From Spirochaetia bacterium (GTDB taxonomy: Bacteria > Spirochaetota > Spirochaetia > SZUA-6 > Bin103): 64,000 nucleotides of DNA. Position 1 is the first letter of the stretch, and every line of letters begins with the position of its first letter. The stretch covers positions 6,976,001 through 7,040,000 of the forward strand of contig CBDBDQ010000005.1 in NCBI GenBank assembly GCA_965203905.1, given 5' to 3'. Below are positions 1 through 10,265 of the stretch, piece by piece. The notes under the pieces were generated by a model that was not told where the DNA came from, did not search any database, and saw nothing but the letters and a program-made list of their open reading frames with translations. Position numbers and translations under genes: made by a program.

Positions 1-251
1 GGGCCTCCCAAGCGACCTGCGGGGTGATTCGTGCGGCAGGCGCCAAGTGGCCTCCGTTGCGATCGGAACGCGCTTTTCTGCACGCTTCCTACATTGGTTT
101 CCCAGCGGCCAGAGTACCACGTCGTGGCAGGTCGTCAAGCAAGGTCACCGGCTGCCGCCGGGCTGCCCGCGAGCCGCTGAACTGAGCCCGGACAGCCAGG
201 ACCACGATGTTTGACCGCCGGTAACGTGCCGTCCATACTGAGCTTCTGCGT

Positions 252-1571
252 ATGGTTCGCTCGATCGTTTCCCGGAACGACGACTTGTACGAGTGCTTTC
301 CCGACCTGGCGCTGTGCGACGACGGGACGCTGGTGTGCGTGTACCGGGAGTGCATGTTCCATGCGCCGTTTCCCTTCTCGCGCCTGGTCTGCCGCCGCAG
401 CCTCGACGGCGGCCAGAGCTGGCTGCGGCGGCGGATCATCGACGAGTGCGTGGTCGCTCCCGAGCTGTTCGCGGAGGCGCGTTCGTGGCTCAGCGAGGAG
501 GCGGTCGCTGGCTACGAGGAGACGCGGGCGCGGATCGGCGACACGCGGCGCGTCGGGGCCTCGCTGAACTGCCCGCGCCTGCTGCGCCTGCACGACGGAC
601 AGCTCCTGCTGGTGGTGGACTACCGCATCGGTGTGCCGCAGGGTGAGCATCGCTGGGTAAACCTGTTCTACCGCAGCTTCGACTCGGGCGTAACGTGGCA
701 AGGACCTGAAGACCCCGGCGTGCACGACGCCCTGGTGCCGTCCCTCGCCGAACTGCGCGACGGCGGCCTGATACTCGGCCTGGCGCGCGAAACCGGCAGC
801 GTTGACGGCCTGCGTAGCGAGACCCAGCTCGTCTACTTCTCCGAAGATCAGGGAGCGAGTTGGTCCGAGCCGGCGGCGATCCCCGGGCTGCCGGCGGCCG
901 AGCAGCGCATCATGCCCGGCTACCGGCGCTGGCTCGGCTTCGGCGAGGGCTGCTTCGTGGAGCTGGATGAAGGCACCATCCTCGGCATTCTGCGTGCCGA
1001 CAGCTTGGGCCAAGCGTACAAGGTGCTGTCGCGGGACCGGGGCCGGAGCTGGTCGGGGCCGTTCGCGACCCAGATGATCGGCCTGGAGGGACGTCCCAAG
1101 GCTGCCCTGCTGTCCTCCGGCGAGGTGTGCTGCAGCTACCGCATCGGCCTGCCCAACGAGATGCTGGCGTTGCACCTGATGACCCAGCAGGCGGCGCTGG
1201 TGGAGGACGTGCAACCGACCGTGCCGCGCCTGCCGCTGCCGGAGGATCGGCCCGGAGTCCACGATCCGTCGCAACCGTGGTACATGCGCGAGCACTACCC
1301 CGGCCGCACCATCATCCTCGACCAGGACCGCAGCGTGCACAGAGACTGCGGCTACTCGGGTTGGGTGGAATTGCCCAACGGTGACCTGTACGTGGTCGAC
1401 TACTGCCACGACGATGCGCCGCGGGCACACATCCGCAGCTACCGGGTGACCCGGGAGGACATCGTTCTGTTTCCGCCCGGCGAGATGCCCTCGCTGCACC
1501 CCTCCGGCCAGCCGTTTCTGCGCATGACCGAGGGCATGGCGGCGCGCCAGTTCCAGCGCAACCGGGCCTGA
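252..1571 (+). CDS. BNR/Asp-box sialidase-family (exo-alpha-sialidase-like) beta-propeller protein
   Basis: Asp-boxes SLDGGQSW, SFDSGVTW, SEDQGASW, SRDRGRSW; N-terminal YECFPD; C-terminal DCGYSGWV, also in paralog 15750..16778. Confidence 0.8.
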   Translation: MVRSIVSRNDDLYECFPDLALCDDGTLVCVYRECMFHAPFPFSRLVCRRSLDGGQSWLRRRIIDECVVAPELFAEARSWLSEEAVAGYEETRARIGDTRRVGASLNCPRLLRLHDGQLLLVVDYRIGVPQGEHRWVNLFYRSFDSGVTWQGPEDPGVHDALVPSLAELRDGGLILGLARETGSVDGLRSETQLVYFSEDQGASWSEPAAIPGLPAAEQRIMPGYRRWLGFGEGCFVELDEGTILGILRADSLGQAYKVLSRDRGRSWSGPFATQMIGLEGRPKAALLSSGEVCCSYRIGLPNEMLALHLMTQQAALVEDVQPTVPRLPLPEDRPGVHDPSQPWYMREHYPGRTIILDQDRSVHRDCGYSGWVELPNGDLYVVDYCHDDAPRAHIRSYRVTREDIVLFPPGEMPSLHPSGQPFLRMTEGMAARQFQRNRA

Positions 1572-1592
1572 CGACGACCGCCCCGCTCCGCC

Positions 1593-1657
1593 AGCAACGC
1601 AGCCAGCCGGGATGCACTGCCGCTCGAATGCAGCCGGTGTTTCGCCACGGCTGCTAG
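1593..1657. repeat. MITE/REP-like element copy (composite, one intact end ...TTTCGCCACGGCTGCTAG)
   Basis: Reverse complement matches parts of the copies at 49299 and 59936. Confidence 0.7.
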
Positions 1658-1723
1658 GCGGGCAATTCGCAAGGTTGACGGGAGGTGATGCGGAACCCAT
1701 ACTGAGCGACTAACCATGGAAGT

Positions 1724-1948
1724 ATGGCGATGAGACGAACCATGTTCACGGTCCTGTTGGCCGTTGCTCTCGCAGGTGCTCTGTTCGCCCCTGCGGTTTG
1801 GTCGCTCGGAGCCCGACCTGGCCGACGTAGGTTCTGCTCCCCCGCTCGGCAGGTCACTCCACCGATTCTCCGGAGACGTATCCTGAGTGAGGTGTCAAAG
1901 ACGCTGACCGAGGTGCCCGCTGGGTACCGGCTCGAGCCGCTGCCATGA
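1724..1948 (+). pseudogene. Probable internally deleted solute-binding protein remnant (signal peptide plus short tail)
   Basis: Signal peptide MRRTMFTVLLAVALAGALFAPAVWSLG; ATGA overlap with the permease; sits where the SBP of an lplB/lplC-type operon is expected. Confidence 0.45.
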
Positions 1949-2952
1949 GTGGCATTGAACAGAACGGGATCATTCGAGACGTAACCAGAGCGAGTTCGTC
2001 GGCGGCGGCGGCCGCCCGGCCACCGCTCCAGGTTACGCGCATTCTTCGCCGGCAGAACTGGATCAGGGCAAAGAAGATGCGGTTTCTCTACGTGCTGCTG
2101 GCGCTGCCCGTGGTCCTGCTGTTTGTCTTCAACTACCTGCCCATGTACGGCGTGTTGATCGCGTTTGTCGATTACCGCTGGGGCAGGGGGGTGTTTGGCT
2201 CTCCCTGGAACAACTTCGAGCATTTCCGGCTGATCTACGAACACCCCTACTTTGGCCGTCTCATGTTCAACACGATATACATCTCTCTGTTGAGAATCAT
2301 CGTCGGATTCCCAGCGCCGATACTGTTGGCGCTGCTGCTCAACGAGATCGGCAACCAGGTCTTCAAGCGCACCGTCCAGACCATCTCCTATTTCCCCCAC
2401 TTCATCTCCTGGGTGATTCTTGCCGGCATTCTCATCGAGATCCTGTCGCCGACGCGAGGCCCGGTCGGGTACCTCTTCAACCTCTTCGGAAGGGAGCCGA
2501 TCGACTGGTTGACGTATGAACCGACCTTTCGTGGCATGCTGGTCGTCACCGGCATCTGGAAGGAGATGGGCTGGGGCGCGATCATCTTTCTGGGCGCACT
2601 CTCTTCCATCGATCCGGACCTCTACGAGAGCGCCGCAATGGATGGCGCGAATCGATTGCGCAGGGCCGTGCACATCACCTTGCCCTCACTGATTCCCGTT
2701 ATGACGATCCTCTTCATCCTCAGGATGGGTGATATCCTGAGCGCAGGATTCGAACAGATATTCAACCTGTACAATCCGCTGGTCTACTCGGTAGCGGACG
2801 TACTGGACACCTACATCTACCGCGTCGGGCTGCTGCAGGCGGATTACGGACTGGGGGCAGCCGTCGGCCTGTTCAAGAACATTGTGGCGTTGGTCCTGAT
2901 ATTCGGGACCAACGCGATAGTGCGCCGTTTCAGCGAATACGGAGTATGGTAG
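1945..2952 (+). CDS. Carbohydrate ABC transporter permease (LplB-like)
   Basis: YLPMYG, PHFISWV, IWKEMGWGAII, EAA loop LYESAAMDGA. Confidence 0.92.
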   Translation: MSGIEQNGIIRDVTRASSSAAAAARPPLQVTRILRRQNWIRAKKMRFLYVLLALPVVLLFVFNYLPMYGVLIAFVDYRWGRGVFGSPWNNFEHFRLIYEHPYFGRLMFNTIYISLLRIIVGFPAPILLALLLNEIGNQVFKRTVQTISYFPHFISWVILAGILIEILSPTRGPVGYLFNLFGREPIDWLTYEPTFRGMLVVTGIWKEMGWGAIIFLGALSSIDPDLYESAAMDGANRLRRAVHITLPSLIPVMTILFILRMGDILSAGFEQIFNLYNPLVYSVADVLDTYIYRVGLLQADYGLGAAVGLFKNIVALVLIFGTNAIVRRFSEYGVW

Positions 2953-2965
2953 AGGAACCGGGCAG

Positions 2966-3859
2966 ATGAACGAAGGTATCCTCAAGAGCCGTTCGTTCGG
3001 CAGTGTGGCTTTCGATATCTGCAACTACCTGTTGCTCGCGGTCGTCACCCTTACCGTCGCCTATCCGTTCTGGAACCTGATACTCATCTCGTTCGCGGAG
3101 CCTGCCGAGATGATGTTTCTCGGATTCCATATCTGGCTCGATACCTGGAGCACCACGGCCTGGCAGTACGTCCTCGAGGGCAGGCAGGTGGGGGTCGGCT
3201 ATTTCAACAGCGTCTTCAGGACGGTCATAGGCACTCCGTTCACGCTCGTGGTTACGCTGTTTGCCGCGTACCCGCTTGCCAAGCGCTCGCTGCCGTACCG
3301 GAAGTGGATTACCATCTATTTCGTCGTTCCCATGCTGTTCTCGGGCGGCATCATACCCACCTACCTGGTAGTGAGGGGGGTGGGCCTGATCGACTCCCGC
3401 CTGGCCCTGATCCTGCCGTCGGCGGTGAACGTGTTCCACGTCATCATCATGCGCAACTACCTCATGACGATTGATGACGCTTTGGAGGAATCGGCGCTGG
3501 TGGATGGCGCGGGTTATGGCACGATCCTGTTTCGGATCATTGCACCGTTGGCCAGGCCGGTGGTGGCGGTAGTCGTGCTGTGGACCGCGGTGTGGCACTG
3601 GAACTCCTGGTTCGATGCCATGATCTACATCTATGACAACAACAAGATGGTGCTGCAGATCCTGGTGCGGAGACTCATCGAGCAGATCACGGCGACCGAG
3701 GAGATGCAGGAGTACGAGGAGGACTTGGGAGTCGTGCTCCCTCCCGAGTCGGTCAAGGCGGCGACGGTGCTCGTCACGGTGGGCCCGATCATTTTCCTGT
3801 ATCCGGTGATCCAGCGCCACTTCATCAAGGGCATCATGCTGGGGTCGCTGAAGGGATGA
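2966..3859 (+). CDS. Carbohydrate ABC transporter permease (LplC-like)
   Basis: MLFSGGIIPTY, LEESALVDGA, C-terminal QRHFIKGIMLGSLKG. Confidence 0.92.
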   Translation: MNEGILKSRSFGSVAFDICNYLLLAVVTLTVAYPFWNLILISFAEPAEMMFLGFHIWLDTWSTTAWQYVLEGRQVGVGYFNSVFRTVIGTPFTLVVTLFAAYPLAKRSLPYRKWITIYFVVPMLFSGGIIPTYLVVRGVGLIDSRLALILPSAVNVFHVIIMRNYLMTIDDALEESALVDGAGYGTILFRIIAPLARPVVAVVVLWTAVWHWNSWFDAMIYIYDNNKMVLQILVRRLIEQITATEEMQEYEEDLGVVLPPESVKAATVLVTVGPIIFLYPVIQRHFIKGIMLGSLKG

Positions 3860-4025
3860 GCCGAGCCCTGACGGTGAGGACCGGGCCGGAGCGCGTGGGC
3901 ACAGGGAGAGTAATGCCGTCCACGAGCCGCGCGCGCGTCGGCGCGATCGAGGCGGCAGGCTCATTCCCGGAAAGGATTGTCGAGATGGCGCGCGACCGCG
4001 ACGCCCAAACGGAGGGAGGACCAGG

Positions 4026-5609
4026 ATGAGTCACGCCGACCCGGCTCGCGGGACCGGTACGATCGACGTTGGCAGCAGCAGGCAGCTGTTCATCGACGAC
4101 CGCTTCATCGCCGAAGCGCGCGACGTGGCGCTGACGATGAATCCCCCAACCCAGCACGACGAGCCCCTGCTGGCTGGCGACCGCCCGTGGGAGCCACTGG
4201 GAGTTCGCAATTACACCACCGTGATGCTCGATCGAGGTGGCTCCTGGACCGGCGCCCCGTTCCGGATGTGGTACGCGGCCGTGCTGCGTGACGGCTTGCC
4301 GGCGGAGGGCAACATCCGCGTCGGGTACGCCGAGTCGGAAGACGGCCTTACCTGGCACAAGCCGTCGCTGGGGTTGATCGAATTCGAGGGATCCAAGGAC
4401 AACAACGTCGTCGCGCCGCTCCTGGAGCGCCAGAGCCAGCAGGGTGCAACGGTAGTGCGCGACGACGGTGCCCCGCCCGAGGAGCGCTACAAGCTGTGGA
4501 CCAAGTTTCTGCCCACCAATGACGAGGTTGCACGTGGCGCCCGCCCGGGATTGTATGCGATGCATTCTCCGGACGGCCTGCGCTGGAGGCCATACCCGGA
4601 CCAGCCCAACCCGCCCGATCAGCAGTGCGACACCCAGAATATGCTGTTCTGGGATCGCCGCATCGATCGCTGGGTTGGCTACACCCGAGTGCGCGAAACC
4701 CAGCGGGCGGACGAAGCGGCGGCGGCCGGCCGCCATCGCTACCGCTCCGTCGGCCGCATCACCTCCCCGGATCTGACGACGTGGTCGTCGACTCACATCG
4801 TGCTGGAGGCGGATCGGGCGGATCTCTCGATTCCGACGCCCGTGCCACCGGCGGAGCCGGAGGGTTCCCTGCCCCGCCCGACGCTGGACTACTATACCAG
4901 CAACGCAGCGCCCTACGCGTGGGCGGCGGACGTGTACCTGATGATGCCGACCGTCTACTACCACTGGCGCGGCGACTACCCGGCGACGATGGACGTGCAG
5001 CTCCTGACCAGCCGTGACGGCATCTCATGGCGTCGCGCCGGCGCGCGCAAGCCGTTCCTGCGGCGCGGCCTGGATGGCAGCGCCACCAGTGGGTGGATCT
5101 GCGCCAACCCGTGGCTGATCCCGATGGGGGACGAGTTGTGGCTGTACTACACCGGCACCAGCAGGCGCCACGGCGTTGCCAACACGAAGAATGACAGCAA
5201 CGGCGTGTTCCGCGCGACCCTGCGCCGTGACGGCTTCGTTTCGGCGGACGCCGGGTTTCACGGCGGTGAGCTGATCACGCCGCCACTCCGTTTCGACGGC
5301 GAACGCCTGGAGTTGAACTGCGATTGTGGCGGTGGTGGTTGGCTGCAGGTGGAGATCCAGGACGCCGCCGGCCGCCCCCTCCAGGGCTACGCGGCGACCG
5401 ACTGCGACCCGGTGGTCGCCAACGCGGTCGCTGCGACCGTGACCTGGCGCGGTCACCCAGGCGTCGCTGCACTCGCCGGGCGTCCTGTGCGCCTCCGCTT
5501 CAGCATGCGCGACGCCAAGCTGTACGCGTTTCAGTTCGTCAGCGCTGCGGCTGCGAGCCCCCATGCCGCGCCGCTGGAACCCTGGGCCGGCGGGCGGGCA
5601 TCGCCGTAG
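4026..5609 (+). CDS. Uncharacterised five-bladed beta-propeller glycoside-hydrolase-like protein (GH32/GH43/GH130 fold clan)
   Basis: QLFIDD, RMWY, YAESEDGLTWHKP, TSRDGISW, ELWLYY, LRRDGF, DAKLYAF; RBS GGAGG upstream. Confidence 0.7.
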   Translation: MSHADPARGTGTIDVGSSRQLFIDDRFIAEARDVALTMNPPTQHDEPLLAGDRPWEPLGVRNYTTVMLDRGGSWTGAPFRMWYAAVLRDGLPAEGNIRVGYAESEDGLTWHKPSLGLIEFEGSKDNNVVAPLLERQSQQGATVVRDDGAPPEERYKLWTKFLPTNDEVARGARPGLYAMHSPDGLRWRPYPDQPNPPDQQCDTQNMLFWDRRIDRWVGYTRVRETQRADEAAAAGRHRYRSVGRITSPDLTTWSSTHIVLEADRADLSIPTPVPPAEPEGSLPRPTLDYYTSNAAPYAWAADVYLMMPTVYYHWRGDYPATMDVQLLTSRDGISWRRAGARKPFLRRGLDGSATSGWICANPWLIPMGDELWLYYTGTSRRHGVANTKNDSNGVFRATLRRDGFVSADAGFHGGELITPPLRFDGERLELNCDCGGGGWLQVEIQDAAGRPLQGYAATDCDPVVANAVAATVTWRGHPGVAALAGRPVRLRFSMRDAKLYAFQFVSAAAASPHAAPLEPWAGGRASP

Positions 5610-5632
5610 GCGTTAACCTTAACGTCATGAAA

Positions 5633-5664
5633 GGAACGGGATGCCTCTGGTGGCATCCCGTTCC
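5633..5664. terminator. Stem-loop between convergent genes
   Basis: Perfect 13-bp inverted repeat GGAACGGGATGCC-TCTGGT-GGCATCCCGTTCC. Confidence 0.7.
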
Positions 5665-5696
5665 CCGTGCGCTGACTCGGATGTTTGCGGCGGGCG

Positions 5697-7358
5697 TTAG
5701 TAGACCCGGTTTCCTTTGCGCAACTCGCTCGTGATCGGAGCCTTCGAGATCTCCTCGATCAGCTCGCTGCCTCCCGCATCGAGCCAATTCTGTACGTAGG
5801 AGTCCCACTCGGCATCGATATCCACGCTGCCGATCATCGCCTTGAACCAGAACTCTATGACCATGGTTTCGAGGGCCGCACCATATTTTGCCCGTACGTC
5901 CAGGTAGTTGGTCTCCTTGAACAGGTCCTCCCGGTGCGGCAGGATGAGGTACTCATCAGGTCCGACGGTATCCCGGTAGTAGGTCGCCACTTCGGCCAGA
6001 TCGGGGTTGTCCAGGAACACATTCCACTCTCTGGGCTGAAAGTATGAACTGTAGAAGCGGAGTGCTGACTCACCTCCCTCCGGTCTCACGCCATCACGCC
6101 GTTCGGCGTAGGAGTTGTACGGCTCGCCGTGCCAGTCGAAGTGCACACCAGGCTCGCCGTAGCGGGTCAGGATATGGCCCTCGACAGTGCAGTTCAGGTA
6201 GTCGTACACCTCCAGGAATCTGGCCAGCTTGGCGTCGGATACATCCTCCCTGACGATGGTATTCCAGGCCCAACTGGAAGCGGTGGATTCTCCTGCCGAG
6301 CCGGTCTTGCCGGTTGGACCAATGAAAGGATCCGTGACCAACAGCTTCTGCTGGGGGAAGTTGGCCTGCGTGACCGTCTGCCATCTACCCGGAAGATCGG
6401 CCTTGAACATCTTCGGCCAGGCATCGGAGTAGACGCCGAAGTTGGCCATCATCTTGATGTCCGTGCTCTTTTGCCCGGTCAGCGTGGCGAAGTCCCGATT
6501 GACGAACCCCTCCTCGTACCAGGAGCGCATCATCTTGAGGAAGTCCTTCCAGTCCTCGGTGATTACGTTGAACGTGGTCTGTCCATCCAACTCCACGTTG
6601 TCCATGTAGTAGGTAAGCCCGAACATGCCGGTCCAACTGAGGAAGTCGGACGGCTTCTGGCTGAGCAGCAGCGGGATGGTGTCATCTTTTCCGTTGCCGT
6701 CGAGATCCTGATCCCGAAAAGCGGTGAGTATCTTCACCACATCGTCGTACTCGTACTGGTATGGGGCCCAGAACCAGCGACCGGGATCTTCCGGCTCCAC
6801 GTCCTTCGCATTGGGCGGTTCCATGCCGATTTTTTCGAGCCAGTCATAGCGCAGCGTTGGCACGTTGCCGAGGCCACCCTTGTACTTCTTGAGCGAAGCG
6901 AGAGCAAAGAACTCCTCTTTGCCCGGCACCTGGCGAGTGATCCAGCCAATCGGATCTTCATCGAGAAACCCGGTCAGATTGGGCGCTCGCTCCCGTACCA
7001 TGTCCCACGGTATGGAGCGGGTAATGCCGTCACTGTAGAAATCGAAAGCCAAGGCGTGGATCTTGGCTATGAATCCGAATTCCGGGAGTTCGCCCGAGGC
7101 CGCCATCACGAGCAGCTTTTCCTGCGGTTCGATGTCGGCATGGTTGATGATGAACTGCACATCCGGAAACATCTCTGCCAGCCGCTGCCCGACGTAGTTG
7201 TCCTCATGAACCGGGTCGCCGGCGTCATCTCGACCGGCCCATTCGATCGTGATGACCTCCGCCTCGGCCGCCGCCGCTTCCCCTTCCGGGGCGGCGCTGA
7301 GCTGGACCAGCGGAACGGCCAGCAGGACCAGGACCATCAGGTACTGAAACCTTCTCAT
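5697..7358 (-). CDS. Extracellular solute-binding protein (LplA-like, carbohydrate ABC)
   Basis: Signal peptide after GGAGG; LRYDWLEKIG, AFRDQDLDGNGKDDTIP, EWDSYVQNWLDAGG. Confidence 0.85.
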   Translation of the reverse strand: MRRFQYLMVLVLLAVPLVQLSAAPEGEAAAAEAEVITIEWAGRDDAGDPVHEDNYVGQRLAEMFPDVQFIINHADIEPQEKLLVMAASGELPEFGFIAKIHALAFDFYSDGITRSIPWDMVRERAPNLTGFLDEDPIGWITRQVPGKEEFFALASLKKYKGGLGNVPTLRYDWLEKIGMEPPNAKDVEPEDPGRWFWAPYQYEYDDVVKILTAFRDQDLDGNGKDDTIPLLLSQKPSDFLSWTGMFGLTYYMDNVELDGQTTFNVITEDWKDFLKMMRSWYEEGFVNRDFATLTGQKSTDIKMMANFGVYSDAWPKMFKADLPGRWQTVTQANFPQQKLLVTDPFIGPTGKTGSAGESTASSWAWNTIVREDVSDAKLARFLEVYDYLNCTVEGHILTRYGEPGVHFDWHGEPYNSYAERRDGVRPEGGESALRFYSSYFQPREWNVFLDNPDLAEVATYYRDTVGPDEYLILPHREDLFKETNYLDVRAKYGAALETMVIEFWFKAMIGSVDIDAEWDSYVQNWLDAGGSELIEEISKAPITSELRKGNRVY

Positions 7359-7429
7359 AGCATCACCTCCACATAGTGTCTGATGCAATCAACCTCCGTA
7401 CACCCTAACCCGTTGCCTTGTCAAGCGCG

Positions 7430-8833
7430 TCACGCGAACCACAGCGAGAAGACCTCGGCGTTCCGCAGGCCGAGCCGGACGCTGCACCGCTGGCCGGGCC
7501 TGTCTCCGGGAGCGTGATTCCGCCACCTGATCACGTGGTCGAGCGAGTCGCCGTCGACCGCGAGGCAGGCGTCGCGCTCGAATCCGGGCACGACCGCTCC
7601 GGTCCGGTCCACCAGCTCCGCGGTGATCTGACCCTTTGAGGCGTTGGCATTGACGTGCAGCTCGCGGCCGACCGGCACGGGCACCGTGACGACCTCACCC
7701 TCGTCACCGGCGCGCAGCCCAACCAGCCTGTCCCGCTGCCAGGTCGCCAGACCGATGGCCCGCTTCCAGTCGCCCTTCTTCTGTGCGCCGTGGGGATGGT
7801 CCATCCCGAAGTAGTAGAGCCGCAGCTCGTCGCCGTCCTCGACCAACGACTGCGCCGAGCGGATGAAGCCGCCGTCCCACTCACCTCGCCTGCCCATCTC
7901 GAGGATGCGGCTCCGGTCCCCGACCCGCTCCCAGGTGCGGCCATCCCGGCTGCTGATGAGCTGGACGTCGATCACCCCGTGTGCGTTCAGGCCCAGCGTG
8001 CCCGTGGCGTTGGTCGTGCGCAACACGTCCATGAAGCCAAGCAGCAGGGGGCCGTATCTGAATATCGGGATGCCATAGATCTCCGCGGACCGGTCCGGAT
8101 CGCCGTCGGTCCACTGGTCGTCGATCCGGTCGGGAATGACGGCTGGAACCGGCAGCGTCCATTCGTAGCCGTCGGCACTCGTAGTCCAGTTCTGGATGCG
8201 GCGGCGCCTGCCCCGCACCTGCAGGTGGCGCTTTATCATCCCGCGAAACAGCTTCTCGCGCTCGTCGTACAGGTAGAACCCGACGTCCCCGAAGCGGGGG
8301 ATCACCGGCTCCGACGACCACTCCGTCCAGACGAGCCCGTCGTCGGAGAAGCGGACGTAGTGGCCGTCTCGACTGTAAGCCAGCAGGGTGTAGCGACGGC
8401 CCGGTCCCAGCTCCGGCGTGCGCATCACGTTCGAGTACTGGTGGGCGCCGCTCTCCGGGTCGAGGAAGACGTTGTTTTCGGCTGATCCTTCAGGATCGGT
8501 GAACTGGCCCAGTGACGGCAGCCGCCACTCGATTCCGTCATCGCTCTCGGCGTACAGGTGCCACAGGTGGCCCTTCGCGTAGCCGCGCTCCCCGACGCCC
8601 GACCCGTACCACATGCGGTAGCCGCCATCCTCCTTCAGCACGGTCCCGAGCATGAGCGAGTCACTCTCCCACGCGCGGCCACCCCTCAGCAGCGGGTTGC
8701 CCTCGAACCTTGCGCCGGGGTGGATACGGCGCTGGACGCCTTCCAGCGACTGGATCTGAGCGTCGTCGATGAAGAGGACTCGGTCTTTGCTGCTCTGATC
8801 AGCCGTGCTCGGCGGCATTGCTATTGCTCCCAC
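7430..8833 (-). CDS. Beta-propeller glycoside-hydrolase-like protein (paralog of 4026 and 8821)
   Basis: VLFIDD, YRMWY, YAESDDGIEW, SRDGRTW, ELRLYY, NAEVFSLW. Confidence 0.7.
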   Translation of the reverse strand: MGAIAMPPSTADQSSKDRVLFIDDAQIQSLEGVQRRIHPGARFEGNPLLRGGRAWESDSLMLGTVLKEDGGYRMWYGSGVGERGYAKGHLWHLYAESDDGIEWRLPSLGQFTDPEGSAENNVFLDPESGAHQYSNVMRTPELGPGRRYTLLAYSRDGHYVRFSDDGLVWTEWSSEPVIPRFGDVGFYLYDEREKLFRGMIKRHLQVRGRRRRIQNWTTSADGYEWTLPVPAVIPDRIDDQWTDGDPDRSAEIYGIPIFRYGPLLLGFMDVLRTTNATGTLGLNAHGVIDVQLISSRDGRTWERVGDRSRILEMGRRGEWDGGFIRSAQSLVEDGDELRLYYFGMDHPHGAQKKGDWKRAIGLATWQRDRLVGLRAGDEGEVVTVPVPVGRELHVNANASKGQITAELVDRTGAVVPGFERDACLAVDGDSLDHVIRWRNHAPGDRPGQRCSVRLGLRNAEVFSLWFA

Positions 8834-10194
8834 CAGAGCGAGAAGACCTCGGCATCACGAAGCTGAAGGCGGATGCGGACCGTGCGACCCGCGAGTGACG
8901 AGAGGGCGCCGCTGTTCCATGCGAGCCGATGGTCGAGCGAGTCGTCGTTGGCGAGCGCCCTGCCCTCTTTGGCCGAGAAACCCGCTATGGCAGTTGAGCC
9001 ATCCTCGTCCAGCAGCTCGGCGGTCAACCTGCCCCCGGCCGCGTCCGCATTGACGTGCAGATCGCCTGCGGCCACCGTCGCCGTGGTCACAATGACCCCG
9101 TCGCCACGGGCTGAGAGCCCGGCCAGCCGGTCCCGCGGCCAGGATGCTACCCCGATGCTCTTGGTCCACCGGCTCCGCTGCAAAGCGCCGGCAGTCCTCC
9201 GACACCCGGTGTAGTACGCGTCAACCCGGTCTCCATCCTCGACCAGCGAGTGGCCCATCCAGACGAGTCCTTCATCCCACGACTCTTCTTCGCCACGCTC
9301 GAGGATCGGGCGTCGGTCTCCCACGCGGTGCCAGGCCTTGCCGTCTCTGCTGCACACCAACTGGACCTCCATCTCGCCGTCGAATCCGCGTCCGCCGATG
9401 TCGCGGCCGCGGAGCACCTGGAGGAAGCCCAGGAGAACCGGACCGTAGCGCGTGATCGGCATCGCGGGGAACAGGGTCGTGTTGTCGGGGTCGTCGCCGG
9501 CCCACTCGGTGTCCGCCGCGTCGGGAGCGAGGACCGGGCGCGGGAGGGACCACTCGACCCCATCCGTGCTGTGCGTCGCGAAGAGCTCCGTCGGGGCCCG
9601 GTCCCACAACAGGAGTCCCCGAAAGGTCGCGTCGACCTCGTCGTACATGAACCACCCGGCCTGGTAGCCTGGGATGACCGGAGTCTCCGGGCCGTCGCTC
9701 CAGCGCACTCCGTCGTCGGACCAGGCGATGAAATGGCCGTTGTAGGGCAGGTCGTGGCCCACGCCATAGGAGAACAGCGTGTAGGCGTGGCCGCCCTGTG
9801 CCCGGGCCGTGTGCAGCACGGACGGGTTGATGTCCCTGCTGAAGGTCGGCCTGACGTGGGTGATGTTGTTCGCATACGAACCCATAAAGTTTTCGGTGAC
9901 GCCGAGCTCCGGCTTCGACCACGTGCGACCGTCATCGCTCTCGGCGTAGAGGTGGAGCGAGCGGTTGAAGGGATCGAACCCGTTACGGCCGGGACCGGTG
10001 GCGTAGGTCTGGTACCACATCCGGTACCGTTCGGCCTCCTTGCGCACGGTCCCCACGATCACCTCGGCCGCCTCCCAGCTGCGGTCCGACGTGACCACCG
10101 GGTTCCCGTGGTACCGGCGGGCTGGGTGGATCTTGCGCTCGACGCCCCGCGCCGAGGCGATCTGGGCGTCGTCGATGAAGAGGATACGGTTCAT
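8821..10194 (-). CDS. Beta-propeller glycoside-hydrolase-like protein (tandem paralog of 7430)
   Basis: Likely start MNRILFIDDAQI at 10194; YRMWY, YAESDDGRTWSKP, SRDGKAW, DAEVFSLW. The ORF-track N-terminal extension is a shadow of the sialidase gene. Confidence 0.7.
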   Translation of the reverse strand: MNRILFIDDAQIASARGVERKIHPARRYHGNPVVTSDRSWEAAEVIVGTVRKEAERYRMWYQTYATGPGRNGFDPFNRSLHLYAESDDGRTWSKPELGVTENFMGSYANNITHVRPTFSRDINPSVLHTARAQGGHAYTLFSYGVGHDLPYNGHFIAWSDDGVRWSDGPETPVIPGYQAGWFMYDEVDATFRGLLLWDRAPTELFATHSTDGVEWSLPRPVLAPDAADTEWAGDDPDNTTLFPAMPITRYGPVLLGFLQVLRGRDIGGRGFDGEMEVQLVCSRDGKAWHRVGDRRPILERGEEESWDEGLVWMGHSLVEDGDRVDAYYTGCRRTAGALQRSRWTKSIGVASWPRDRLAGLSARGDGVIVTTATVAAGDLHVNADAAGGRLTAELLDEDGSTAIAGFSAKEGRALANDDSLDHRLAWNSGALSSLAGRTVRIRLQLRDAEVFSLWWEQ

Positions 10195-10265
10195 CACGAT
10201 CTGATTGACTATAGACGTACGTGCACCGCCCGTAAACATGCGCGCGGATGGTAGCCTCGGAAGGC

